Source: an uncultured Verrucomicrobiota bacterium
Lineage (GTDB): Bacteria > Verrucomicrobiota > Verrucomicrobiia > Verrucomicrobiales > Akkermansiaceae
Assembly: GCA_929200745.1 (NCBI GenBank)
Contig: CAKNAS010000009.1
Location: forward strand, 12,256 to 76,255
Direction of reading: 5' to 3'
DNA length: 64,000 nt
The notes beneath the pieces are model-generated. The model did no database searches. It had not been told where the DNA came from and was given only the letters and a program-made list of their open reading frames with translations. Every line of letters begins with the position of its first letter. Position 1 is the stretch's first letter. Shown piece after piece: positions 34,684 through 44,364 of this stretch. Position numbers and translations under genes: made by a program.

Positions 34684-37509
34684 CTAATGTGCTTCCAGCC
34701 AGTTCGCGCCGGTTCCTGTCTCGACCTTACATGCGATTCCATGGGGTAGTGTTAAGGCAGACTCCATAGTTTGTACGATCTTGGGGATCAATGTGTGCTG
34801 TTCGCTGAGATGCAGATCGAACAGCAGCTCGTCATGCACTTGAAGCAGCATTTTTGTTTTGGTCTGTTCTTTAACTAATAATTTACGAACATCAACCATG
34901 GCGAGTTTAATGAGATCGGCGGCTGATCCTTGAACGGGGGCATTAATTGCTGCGCGCTCAGCGGCACTACGGACTGTGCCATTATCAGAATTAATATTAC
35001 GTATGTGGCAGCGCCTGCCCGATAGCGTTTCCACGTAACCATTCTCCTTGGCACTCTCCACCGTGCTGTCCATGTAGTTTTTTATCTTAGGATACTGGTT
35101 GAAGTATGTTGCTATGATATCGGTCGCCTCACTGCGTGGAATACCGAGACGTTGTGACAACCCAAATGCGGAAATACCGTAAATGATACCAAAGTTGACC
35201 ATTTTGGCATTGCGCCTCATCTCGGAGGTGACGGTATCTATACCTACGCCGTAGACGCGGGCTGCGGTGGCGGCGTGGATGTCGAGGTCATCCTTAATCG
35301 CCTGGATCATCGCTTCGTCACCCGATATAGCTGCCATCACGCGCAGTTCGACCTGTGAGTAGTCGGCGGCGAGCAGTGTGTGTGTTTTATCACGTGGCAC
35401 AAACGCTTTACGGATCTCTCGCCCAGCCTCGGAGCGCACGGGAATATTTTGCAAGTTAGGGTCGCTGGATGCTAGCCTGCCTGTAGAGGTCATGAGCTGC
35501 TGGAAATGAGTATGGACTCGACCGGTGCGCGCAGAAACGTGTGCGGGTAGAGCATCGACATAGGTGGACTTTAGTTTACTAGCTTCCCTGTAATCTAGGA
35601 TGTCTGCCACGATTGGATGCTTGGGGGCGAGTGCGGAGAGCGTTTGTTCATCGGTTTTGAATTGCCCAGTCTTTGTCTTTTTAGGTTTTTCAACCAGCTC
35701 CATCTCACCGAAGAGAATTTCGCCAAGCTGTTTGGGTGAATTGAGGTTGAACTCTTTACCAGCGGCTTCTGTAATTTGCGCGCTGAGAGTATTGATACGC
35801 TTGGCAAGACCATCACCGATATCCTTTAGGGCAACCACATCCAATGAGATACCTTCATTCTCGATAGCGGTGAGAACTGGCAGGAGCGGCTCCTCAATAT
35901 TTTGATAAACATCTATTTGGTCTGACTCTTGAAGCGATAGGCGAAGTTTATCTGCAAGTTGAAAAGTTATATCAGCATCTTCTGCGGCATATTCTGCAAG
36001 ATCCTCGATTGGGATCATTTTCATATTCAGCTCTTTTTTCTTACGCTTTTTCTTTGGTTTTTCCTTGGGCTCATCCAGCGCGAATAGATCATTTTCGGGT
36101 TCTTTTGCCTTCTCGGCAAGTTCAGTGAGTTTTACGGGCGTGTAGCCCAACATGGCCTCGGAAATAAAATCCATGTTATGCCGCTGCTCTGGTGAAACGA
36201 TTGCATGCACGAGCATGGTATCAAAAAACGGGCCGCTAACTTTGAAGTCGTGTGCTAATAGAACGGACAAATCAAATTTTAGATTATGTCCAATTTTTTC
36301 ATGTTTGGACTGAAAAATGACAGCTAGTTTTTCCAGTGCCATTTGTATACTGATGGCGCTGCCAGGGCCGGTGTGTAAGAAATACGCTTCATGTGCTGTG
36401 AGAGAGAAGGCAATGCCTAGAATTTCACAGCTACGAGGATCAAGGGAGGTGGTTTCGAGATCGAAGCAGACGCGTTCAGCCAGAGAGAGCTTCTGTGCAA
36501 GTGCGTGAAGGCCATTGACAGAATTGACGAGTTGGTAATCATGTTTGACGTCTTTTATTGTCTTGAGTGTAACAGCATTGGGAGAATCATCTGGAGAATC
36601 ATTTATTGGAGGTTCGTGTCCGCGACCGGCGGCAAAGTCTTTACCAAAAATACGTTTGCCTACGGAGTTGAACTCCAGTTCGGCGAGCAGGGACTTCAGT
36701 GCCTCGTCGTTGCGCCCACCAATAGTCAGATCCTCCCAATCTGAATCTATGGGTACGTCTAAAATGATGGTGGCTAACTGCTTAGACAATAACGCTTGAT
36801 CAGCAAAATTTTCTAGGTTCTCTCTCTGTTTGCCTTTGAGTTGATCGGTGGAAGCTAACAGGTTTTCCATCGAGCCGAACTCGCCGACAAGTTTCTTGGC
36901 AGTTTTCTCACCAATTCCAGGGACACCCGGAATGTTGTCCGAGGCATCACCCCAGAGCCCGAGGATATCGATCACTTGTTTCGGATCTTTCACATTCCAT
37001 TGGGCCTGAATGGCGGCTACGTCAAGAAGCTCATGATTTCCGCCCTGTCTCCCGGGTTTCCACATCGTAGTGGAATGGCTGACCAGTTGAGCGAAGTCTT
37101 TGTCCGGTGTTACCATGTAAGTGTGAATATCTCCTCGTTGATCAGCGCGATGAGCTACGGTGCCAATGATGTCATCGGCTTCGTATCCATCAAGTACGAG
37201 CACGGGGATTCCCATGGTTTGACAAAGACGTTTAACGTAGGGAATAGCATTGGCTAAATCCTGCGGCATTTCCTCGCGCTGTGCCTTGTATTCCGGGTAG
37301 AGCTTATGGCGGGGTGTCGGCTCGCGGGTATCAAATGCCACACCTAGGTGACTCGCGTCCTGGTTTTCGATGATGTCCAATAAAACATTAGCAAAACCCA
37401 GCACCGCTGATGTGTTCATACCTGAACTTGTTAGGATAGGGTTACGCATGAATGCGAAGTGTGCGCGGTAGACCAGCGCCATGCCATCTAGGAGGAAGAG
37501 TTTGTGCAT
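34684..37509 (-). CDS. polA: DNA polymerase I
   Basis: 5' nuclease domain (LLDGMALVYRAHFA), 3'-5' exo ExoI FDLETTSLD, pol motif A DYSQVELRVMA, motif B RRNAKMVNFGIIYG, motif C QVHDELLFD. Length 941 aa. Confidence 0.97.
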   Translation of the reverse strand: MHKLFLLDGMALVYRAHFAFMRNPILTSSGMNTSAVLGFANVLLDIIENQDASHLGVAFDTREPTPRHKLYPEYKAQREEMPQDLANAIPYVKRLCQTMGIPVLVLDGYEADDIIGTVAHRADQRGDIHTYMVTPDKDFAQLVSHSTTMWKPGRQGGNHELLDVAAIQAQWNVKDPKQVIDILGLWGDASDNIPGVPGIGEKTAKKLVGEFGSMENLLASTDQLKGKQRENLENFADQALLSKQLATIILDVPIDSDWEDLTIGGRNDEALKSLLAELEFNSVGKRIFGKDFAAGRGHEPPINDSPDDSPNAVTLKTIKDVKHDYQLVNSVNGLHALAQKLSLAERVCFDLETTSLDPRSCEILGIAFSLTAHEAYFLHTGPGSAISIQMALEKLAVIFQSKHEKIGHNLKFDLSVLLAHDFKVSGPFFDTMLVHAIVSPEQRHNMDFISEAMLGYTPVKLTELAEKAKEPENDLFALDEPKEKPKKKRKKKELNMKMIPIEDLAEYAAEDADITFQLADKLRLSLQESDQIDVYQNIEEPLLPVLTAIENEGISLDVVALKDIGDGLAKRINTLSAQITEAAGKEFNLNSPKQLGEILFGEMELVEKPKKTKTGQFKTDEQTLSALAPKHPIVADILDYREASKLKSTYVDALPAHVSARTGRVHTHFQQLMTSTGRLASSDPNLQNIPVRSEAGREIRKAFVPRDKTHTLLAADYSQVELRVMAAISGDEAMIQAIKDDLDIHAATAARVYGVGIDTVTSEMRRNAKMVNFGIIYGISAFGLSQRLGIPRSEATDIIATYFNQYPKIKNYMDSTVESAKENGYVETLSGRRCHIRNINSDNGTVRSAAERAAINAPVQGSAADLIKLAMVDVRKLLVKEQTKTKMLLQVHDELLFDLHLSEQHTLIPKIVQTMESALTLPHGIACKVETGTGANWLEAH

Positions 37510-37609
37510 TGGGGAAGCTTGCAGTTGTGAGAACTGGATAGAAATTGGCAGAAAACGTATCGGGTGGAAAGGGTGGAGTGCAGACGAGAGGTAAACTAAG
37601 ATTTCTTAA

Positions 37610-38086
37610 TTAATCACTAATTCCCTCAGTTCGTGCCTCGACGGCTAGTTGGAACGCTTCACGATCACCGTAGCGTTGGATCGAAAATTTTACACAGCGG
37701 CGTTGGCCGGGAGCGGGAGACCAAGTTGCTTGCCAGAACCGATATGAATTACCGTTGGCTGCAATTACGGTAATTTTTGAGACGCCTACTACACCAGAGC
37801 TATTGCGTGGTGAGCGTTCGCAAATACGAGCTTGATCAGATAGCTTCTCTATTAGTGTGTCACGCCATACACGAGCGGCAGTGAGCGCATGCTGTGGGTG
37901 GCCATGGAGTCGATCGGCAAAGAATTTAGCGTATTTAATACCACGTCTCTGCATGCGCACTTGGAAGCCGTGTGTGCTCGCGTTTGGCAGATCGATGCGG
38001 GTGATTGCGTAGTTTGGGTCAGGTTGTGGCAGCGATGGTGGCATGGATACTGCAAGAAAGATGTCATTACTTAGGGTTGGGTGCAA
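37610..38086 (-). CDS. AP2/ERF-like DNA-binding protein with two AP2-type repeats
   Basis: Repeat 1: THGFQVRMQRRGIKYAKFFADRLHGHPQHALTAARVWRD. Repeat 2: GVVGVSKITV...YRFWQATWSPAPGQRRCVKFSIQRYGDREAFQLAVEAR. An alternative start at 38044 (MPPSL) leaves about 75-90 nt to the divergent rlmI. Confidence 0.6.
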   Translation of the reverse strand: MHPTLSNDIFLAVSMPPSLPQPDPNYAITRIDLPNASTHGFQVRMQRRGIKYAKFFADRLHGHPQHALTAARVWRDTLIEKLSDQARICERSPRNSSGVVGVSKITVIAANGNSYRFWQATWSPAPGQRRCVKFSIQRYGDREAFQLAVEARTEGISD

Positions 38087-38120
38087 GCTGGAAGCTTGCG
38101 TTCACGGTTGTTACGTGGGC

Positions 38121-39305
38121 ATGATCCCGCCCATGGCAGGAATCGTTATTAGACCGCGAGCACGGATTTTTCATGGACACGACTGGGTGTATGCCTCGGA
38201 AATCCAGAAGGTGTTTGGTGAGCCAAGGCCCGGAGATGTAATTACGATGAAGGACTTTCGAGATCGTCCACTGGGCACTGCAATCTATAATCCGCAATCA
38301 CAAATTGTGGCTCGGCGTATTTCGAGGAGGAAACAGAAGCTTGACCGTGAGTTTTTTGAACGTCGAATATCACAAGCAGTTGAGTTGCGTGCAAGATCGG
38401 GGATCGACGTGAATTTGGCTCGAATTATTTGGAGTGAGTCAGATGGTTTGCCGGGTGTAGTGGTTGATCGTTATGGAGATCACATCGTTTTACAGACATT
38501 GACACTCGGGATGTATTTGGTGAGAGAGGTGATTGCAGAAGTGCTTGCTGAGCAATTAAATCCTAGATCGGTTACTTTAAGAAATGATTCAGCGATGCTT
38601 GCCGCTGAGGGTATCGAGCCCGAAATCACAATGCTTCATGGAGAAAAGCCAGAACCGTTTATCGTGGAGGTGCCGACAGCAGAAGGCGGAGTAAAATTTG
38701 AGATTGATTTGTTAGATGGTCAGAAAACTGGTTTGTATCTCGACCAGCTAGACGCGCACGCTGAGATCGCGAAACTTGCCAAGGGGAAGCGTGTGCTCGA
38801 TTGTTTTTGCAACCAAGGTGGTTTTGCGTTGGCCTGCGCCAAGGCTGGCGCGGAGAGTGTAACGGCTGTGGATTCTTCAGAAGTTGCTATTGAGGCATGT
38901 AAGAGAAATGCCGAGCTGAATGGTGTGGAGATCAATGCAGTGAAGCACAATGCGTTTGATTTCCTTAAACATTGCGAAGATCAGTATGATATCGTGGTTC
39001 TTGATCCGCCATCATTTACGAAAAATAAGAAGAGTCTAAAGAATGCCATGCGTGGCTATAAAGAGATTCACCTGCGTGGAATCAAGCTGCTTGAGCGGGA
39101 CGGTGTGTTAGCTACCTATTGTTGTTCGCATCACGCGACGGGGGAGCTTTTTTTAGAGAATATTGTGTCGGCTTCTGTAGATGCCAAGCGCAGCATGAGG
39201 CTGCTAGCGAGTCACGGCCAGCGACTCGATCACCCTGTTTTACCAGCTATTCCTGAAACTGGCTACTTGAAGGGTTTTGTGCTTCAGATTATGCCGTCGA
39301 GGTAA
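38121..39305 (+). CDS. rlmI: 23S rRNA m5C methyltransferase (RlmI/PUA-domain class I SAM MTase)
   Basis: GLYLDQ, SAM motif VLDCFCNQGGFAL, DPPSF, and YCCSHH. The start is chosen at ATG 38121 (or 38133). The track start at 38043 would overlap the divergent AP2 gene. Confidence 0.8.
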   Translation: MIPPMAGIVIRPRARIFHGHDWVYASEIQKVFGEPRPGDVITMKDFRDRPLGTAIYNPQSQIVARRISRRKQKLDREFFERRISQAVELRARSGIDVNLARIIWSESDGLPGVVVDRYGDHIVLQTLTLGMYLVREVIAEVLAEQLNPRSVTLRNDSAMLAAEGIEPEITMLHGEKPEPFIVEVPTAEGGVKFEIDLLDGQKTGLYLDQLDAHAEIAKLAKGKRVLDCFCNQGGFALACAKAGAESVTAVDSSEVAIEACKRNAELNGVEINAVKHNAFDFLKHCEDQYDIVVLDPPSFTKNKKSLKNAMRGYKEIHLRGIKLLERDGVLATYCCSHHATGELFLENIVSASVDAKRSMRLLASHGQRLDHPVLPAIPETGYLKGFVLQIMPSR

Positions 39306-39312
39306 GTTTGAT

Positions 39313-39720
39313 TCATGGTGCGAGTAGGTTAAATGGCCATGCGGGGATATTACGAAATATCGTAAATAGCACGATACTGCCTATGGCCGCCCACAACCAA
39401 AGCGGCTTGATGTCGGGGATGCGTGGTGCTGGTTTTCCGAGTATTGTGATGCGTAAGATGAGGTAGCCTGATCCCAGTAGGAAAAGAACAAGCCCACCGA
39501 ACAGAAGTGCGTTGTGCGATAGGGCATCCGGTAGATTTCCACTCAATAAATCATACGTGCACCGAGTTCCTCCGCAGCCAGGACAGTGAAGGCCGGTGAA
39601 TTTTCTAACGCCACACTCGGTGCTTTCGTCCTTCGTGTAACTGATGGTGACCAGTGTAATTAGGCCCAGAGCAGCGAGTGCAATGGGTGGAAGCAGTGGC
39701 CAGAGGGGGCGTCGTTTCAA
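39313..39720 (-). CDS. DUF2752-family membrane protein
   Basis: CPGCGGTRC motif between TM helices. Length 135 aa. Confidence 0.65.
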   Translation of the reverse strand: MKRRPLWPLLPPIALAALGLITLVTISYTKDESTECGVRKFTGLHCPGCGGTRCTYDLLSGNLPDALSHNALLFGGLVLFLLGSGYLILRITILGKPAPRIPDIKPLWLWAAIGSIVLFTIFRNIPAWPFNLLAP

Positions 39721-39732
39721 AATGATCAGGCT

Positions 39733-40248
39733 TTATGGGCCGTAGGAGGGTGATGAGTTTGCAACGCTGCCGATCATGTAGACAACCCCAATAATCGCAA
39801 TGAGTTGGAGGAGGATGCCGACATAACCCAAAATGAGACCTGTGATGGCCATTCCCTTACCTTGTATCGGAGATTTACTATTTTTTATTTTTTTGAGAGA
39901 TATGTGACCGCATATTACCGCTGGAATTCCAAAGAGTCCCCAGACATAGCAAGAGACGATAGCTAGAATTCCGAGCACTAATGATGCAATGGCCATGCCG
40001 TCGGTGCTTGGCGCTCCTGTGTGTGGCCCTTGTCCTGCGTTTGTCTGTGAAAAACTCGCATCATGCGCGGTATTTCCATCGCTCGGCTGAAACTCGCGCA
40101 CCTCCTTGATCGGTAACCAATCGTTCATGCCTTCGCGCCAAATGATGGTATCCGTATCAATCTGACCGGAGCTAATGAGGCTCGCTATTTCTAGATTGGA
40201 AACAGGGCCATGTTGGGTGTTGTCCTTACCGTAATACCAGTCTGTCAT
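39733..40248 (-). CDS. GYF_2 (DUF4339) domain plus DUF4190-like membrane domain protein
   Basis: WYYGKDNTQHGPVSNLEIASLISSGQIDTDTIIWREGMNDWLPI is a classic bacterial GYF_2 domain. The C-terminal part has two TM helices (ASLVLGILAIVS..., ITGLILGYVGILLQLIAIIG). Confidence 0.7.
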   Translation of the reverse strand: MTDWYYGKDNTQHGPVSNLEIASLISSGQIDTDTIIWREGMNDWLPIKEVREFQPSDGNTAHDASFSQTNAGQGPHTGAPSTDGMAIASLVLGILAIVSCYVWGLFGIPAVICGHISLKKIKNSKSPIQGKGMAITGLILGYVGILLQLIAIIGVVYMIGSVANSSPSYGP

Positions 40249-40339
40249 GTCAGAGGTAAGATCACCTTAATATGGTAGATGATGCAATGTTGAAATTTGA
40301 TGTTGTATGATATGAGCCAGATGCGTTTAGTGATTCATT

Positions 40340-42178
40340 ATGCAGACGTTGATTATCGCTTGTGGTGCCTTCGTTTTTTATCTTCTGGCTTACCACAGCT
40401 ATGGAAAGTGGTTAGGGCAGAAGATTTTCAAGCTAGATAAGAATGCGATCCCTCCATCGGTGGAGTTAGAGGATGGAAGTGATTACGTGCCGACAAGTAA
40501 GGGGGTGGTCTTTGGGCATCACTTCACGTCGATTGCTGGTACGGGGCCGATTGTTGGGCCTGCGCTGGCTGTTATATGGGGCTGGCTGCCAGCACTTATC
40601 TGGGTTCTCATAGGATCGGTGTTCATTGGGGCAGTGCACGATTTTGGAGCATTGATTGTATCCATGCGTAACAAAGGGCAAACAGTGGGTGACATAGCGG
40701 GCCGGGTGATTTCGCCTCGTGTGCGCGTACTCTTTCTGCTTATTCTTTTCATGGCGCTTACTATTGTGTTAGCCATTTTCGGGTTGGTAATCGCCGCTGT
40801 ATTTAAGCAATATCCACAGTCGATTGCACCCTGCCTTTTTCAGATTCCCCTCGCTGTGCTGATCGGAATGTTCATTCACCGAAAAGGAGGAAATATCATG
40901 ATTGCCTCGGTGGTGGCATTAGTGCTGATGTATCTATCCGTTTGGTATGGTGGCGCAAGCTGGTTAGCTGAAATGAATAGTTATTTGGCGCAATGGGAAT
41001 TAATGACATGGGTGCTAGTATTGTTAGGCTATTCCTATATTGCTTCTGTTCTGCCTGTCTGGACTTTGCTACAGCCACGTGATTATATTAATGCATTACA
41101 GTTACTAAGTGCCTTAGCGCTGATCGTAGTTGGTTTGGTTTGTGCGGGAATCATGGGTGGTGCGCCTGTCGACGGCGTACGGCCACCACTTGAGATTGCA
41201 GCGCCTGCGATTGAGTCATCACTTAGTGCTAAGGATTTACCGCTGATATTTCCCTTCTTATTTATTACTATCGCCTGTGGAGCTATTTCTGGATTTCATT
41301 GTCTTGTTTCCTCGGGTACGTCATCTAAGCAGCTGAAGTGTGAGAGTGATGCGCGTTTTGTTGGGTATGGCTCAATGCTCACTGAGGGGTTCTTGGCTGT
41401 GTTGGTGATTTTGGCCTGTGTGGCTGGCTTAGGCTTAGGAATTAAAGAGGGAGGTGTCACGCTGTTAGGTTCTGATGCATGGGATACTCGATATACTGGT
41501 TGGGCTACGATGAAGGGACTGGGTGCGAAGGTTGGTGCTTTTGTTGATGGATCCTCTAATTTCATCAAGGCGCTGGGAGTTCCTGCATCGTTTGCAACTG
41601 CCCTCATGGGTGTTTTTGTTGCCTCTTTTGCCGCGACGACACTGGATACTGCCTGTCGTCTGCAGCGTTATGTCGTCCAAGAACTTGCTCGATGTTTCAT
41701 TAAGAAGAAAAGTGAAGCTGTTACTGCTTCAGCACCGAAGTTAACAACTAATCCGTGGTCGTGGTTGGCGAACAAGCACGGGGCAACGATTTTTGCAATT
41801 ATTGTAGCGGGCTGGATGGCATCACTACCAGCAGCAACTGGTAAGCCAGCCGGAACTGGGGGGTTGATTCTCTGGCCGCTATTTGGTGCAACCAATCAGC
41901 TGCTGGGTGGACTCGCGTTCATGGTGATCATTTTTTGGATGAGGCGTCAGCTAATGCCAGTATGGTTTGTAATCATACCTGCGATATTTATGCTCATTCT
42001 TCCTGCATGGGCTATGGGCTACCAGATATTTGGTCAAGCGATCGGCTCAGATTTGAGTTGGATCGGTCAGGAGCGATGGTTGTTAGTAGGTATAGGCTCG
42101 GTGTCCTTGTTGTTAGAAATCTGGATGGTGGCCGAGGCAATCGTAGCTTGGAGACGCATGCCTAGTGGGATGAGATAA
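40340..42178 (+). CDS. cstA: carbon starvation protein A family transporter
   Basis: VFGHHFTSIAGTGPIVGPALAVIWGWLPALIWVLIGSVFIGAVHDF is the CstA signature region. 612 aa and polytopic. Confidence 0.9.
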   Translation: MQTLIIACGAFVFYLLAYHSYGKWLGQKIFKLDKNAIPPSVELEDGSDYVPTSKGVVFGHHFTSIAGTGPIVGPALAVIWGWLPALIWVLIGSVFIGAVHDFGALIVSMRNKGQTVGDIAGRVISPRVRVLFLLILFMALTIVLAIFGLVIAAVFKQYPQSIAPCLFQIPLAVLIGMFIHRKGGNIMIASVVALVLMYLSVWYGGASWLAEMNSYLAQWELMTWVLVLLGYSYIASVLPVWTLLQPRDYINALQLLSALALIVVGLVCAGIMGGAPVDGVRPPLEIAAPAIESSLSAKDLPLIFPFLFITIACGAISGFHCLVSSGTSSKQLKCESDARFVGYGSMLTEGFLAVLVILACVAGLGLGIKEGGVTLLGSDAWDTRYTGWATMKGLGAKVGAFVDGSSNFIKALGVPASFATALMGVFVASFAATTLDTACRLQRYVVQELARCFIKKKSEAVTASAPKLTTNPWSWLANKHGATIFAIIVAGWMASLPAATGKPAGTGGLILWPLFGATNQLLGGLAFMVIIFWMRRQLMPVWFVIIPAIFMLILPAWAMGYQIFGQAIGSDLSWIGQERWLLVGIGSVSLLLEIWMVAEAIVAWRRMPSGMR

Positions 42179-42330
42179 TTCCCGAGCTTAAACATTCTTG
42201 TTTTGGCTTTGGGTGTATTGTCTACCTAATGTTGCCTAAATATTAAATTGTTAGTCATTGAATTAGGCTTGTGAGAAGATGCTGATTTATTTACGATTAT
42301 TTATAACTTATTGCTCCTAACGGAACCATT

Positions 42331-43446
42331 ATGAAGATTTTCGCTACATTACTTATTCTATTCATCTATAATCACACCTTAGTTTTTGCGAAAGAAATAC
42401 AGCTTAAAGATATTCAGGGTAAGACCTGTTATGTTTACCTTCCTGATCATATAGATTCGAGTAAAACCTATCAAGTAGTCGTTGGTGTGCATGGTGCAGG
42501 TGGAAATGGTAATGGCGCAGCAGGTCTCAGGTCTTGGGCAAGCAGGGGAGATGTCATTGTCTTAGGCCCCACATTTGTGCAACAAGGTAACAGTTTTTAT
42601 CAATATGCCGGCGGTATACATGACACAAAGCTACTCAAATTGTTTAAAGAAATTGGCAAAACCTATCGCGTTCACGACAAGATGTTTATTCACGGCTTTT
42701 CTGGAGGCAGTCAGTTCGCGCATCGCTTTGCCATGAATAAACCGAAATATGTTTGTGGAATTTCAGCACACTCAGGAGGTACATGGGCAACAAACGGATA
42801 TGGACGGGTAAGTAGTAGCGCAAAAAATATCCCATTTGCTGTCTCATGCGGGGAAAAAGACACGGGGAAATCTTTCGGAACAGCGCCACTTGGACGTCTT
42901 GACTGGTACAGAGTTTATGAGAAAGCCATTGAACGTCGCAAGTATTGTTATATTGGAAAAACATGGCCGGGAGTAGGTCACGGAATGAGCAGAGGAGCCA
43001 AGAACATGCTACAACAATGTTTTCAGTTAGCGACAGGTTTGCCGGGAGCGTCTGCGACGCAAAAAGTTGAAATTAGTCCTGATTGGAAAAATTTGGGAAA
43101 CATTCCAAAGCTATCTCATTACCCAGACGAACCATCTGACAGCTCGCCGGTTACGTCTAGTAACTCTCCAAATCCAAAAAAATTGGAACGGATTCTTTTT
43201 GCGGCTTTTGCTAAGGCGAGTGAAAAAACTATCGAGGACAAAAAACTCGTTGCGTTTTTAGGGAAATACCCAGCCACGATCTGGAAAAGTATGGAAGGCT
43301 CTGAGGACTTGTTAAAGCAGTGTAAAGGAGCGGCTGATAGGTGGCGTGCAAAAGCGATCGATGTCAAAAAATTTAATGGTTCTATAAAAAAGCGATTTGA
43401 AAAATTTTCCCGTGGCCTTGATCTGACCGAGGCCAATGCTCATTAA
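42331..43446 (+). CDS. secreted alpha/beta-hydrolase (esterase/PHB-depolymerase-like) with a ~115-aa helical C-terminal extension
   Basis: Signal peptide MKIFATLLILFIYNHTLVFA. Nucleophile elbow HGFSGGSQF (GxSxG). VGVHGAGGNG is oxyanion-region-like. Confidence 0.6.
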   Translation: MKIFATLLILFIYNHTLVFAKEIQLKDIQGKTCYVYLPDHIDSSKTYQVVVGVHGAGGNGNGAAGLRSWASRGDVIVLGPTFVQQGNSFYQYAGGIHDTKLLKLFKEIGKTYRVHDKMFIHGFSGGSQFAHRFAMNKPKYVCGISAHSGGTWATNGYGRVSSSAKNIPFAVSCGEKDTGKSFGTAPLGRLDWYRVYEKAIERRKYCYIGKTWPGVGHGMSRGAKNMLQQCFQLATGLPGASATQKVEISPDWKNLGNIPKLSHYPDEPSDSSPVTSSNSPNPKKLERILFAAFAKASEKTIEDKKLVAFLGKYPATIWKSMEGSEDLLKQCKGAADRWRAKAIDVKKFNGSIKKRFEKFSRGLDLTEANAH

Positions 43447-43658
43447 TAGTTAGGGCGGTATTTACAGAATGTGTGGAACCATTGACTCGTTTTCTGATGG
43501 CTTGTTTAGATGGGCTTAATTAACATCAAGAGTAACATGTAGCAACGAGTGGAGCTTACATCGGCTAAGCCCATGAGGGTCATGGCAGTTGTGTATAGAG
43601 CATTCTTGCATCACTATTACTAGTTGCACTGTGTCTACCATTCTGCCACAATGAGAGA

Positions 43659-44192
43659 ATGAAATTTATTATCTTAGCTTGTTGTGTCACTTTGACTTTT
43701 GTCTGCCAAGCGGCGGGTCAAAAAATCACATCTTTCTATTCATCTACGGAAGCCAAGCACGTTGCTGTCTTGATGGATTCAGCCCTTGAGAAAAATCCTG
43801 TAATAGATCACTTATATCACCTTTGTCCGGGTTACGGAGGCTACGAACTAATTCATCACGGTGGTGACTTGCGCAGTATCATAGACATCAAATTTGGTAA
43901 AACTGTATCAAACCTTATGGGGCCGACATTTAAACGCACCCGTGGGTCGTTTCCTCACAAAGCTAACCATGTTGTCGAATGGCGGGGTATGCTAAAAGAA
44001 AATCACTTTACCCCACATGCCATCATCTATCGTATGGCTGGAACAATCGAGGTGGAGGGCAAACAAGTTACCAAGACTACTCTGATCGTTGTGGCTCTTA
44101 ATAAAGGCAAATCTGTTGTTCTTGGCTCATTTTCGGGTGATGGGGAGAGTGAAAAAGCCAAAGCATTAGCCGACTCCATACTCAAAAAATAA
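43659..44192 (+). CDS. hypothetical secreted protein
   Basis: Signal peptide MKFIILACCVTLTFVCQAAG. 177 aa; no family recognised. Confidence 0.5.
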   Translation: MKFIILACCVTLTFVCQAAGQKITSFYSSTEAKHVAVLMDSALEKNPVIDHLYHLCPGYGGYELIHHGGDLRSIIDIKFGKTVSNLMGPTFKRTRGSFPHKANHVVEWRGMLKENHFTPHAIIYRMAGTIEVEGKQVTKTTLIVVALNKGKSVVLGSFSGDGESEKAKALADSILKK

Positions 44193-44364
44193 CTCCCTAC
44201 CTTGATCGTAAAGATTTTGTTTCTTTTATTAGCCCAAATCAATATGCGTTACAAAGAAGCGAGGCGCATCATCGGGTGGTAAACGACAAACAGAAATCGC
44301 CATGCTGGTTATTAGACTCATGTCACATGACTTGCTGCCTGGACTTTTGCCTCGACATTTTTCC

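Noticed and set aside
38043-38120. The upstream start for rlmI (track ORF start 38043).
   Set aside because: It would overlap the divergent AP2-domain gene and add a Cys-rich non-homologous leader. ATG 38121 or 38133 gives an N-terminus consistent with RlmI-type PUA methyltransferases.
43447-43658. A 212-nt spacer with a 9-bp inverted repeat (atgggctta ... taagcccat) about 46 nt apart, and a TTGCAC-N17-CACAAT promoter-like pair just before the 43659 gene. It was considered as an sRNA or promoter.
   Set aside because: The loop is too long for a stable terminator-type hairpin. The promoter guess would imply a nearly leaderless mRNA, and the promoter consensus for this lineage is unknown. It is unsupported without transcript data.
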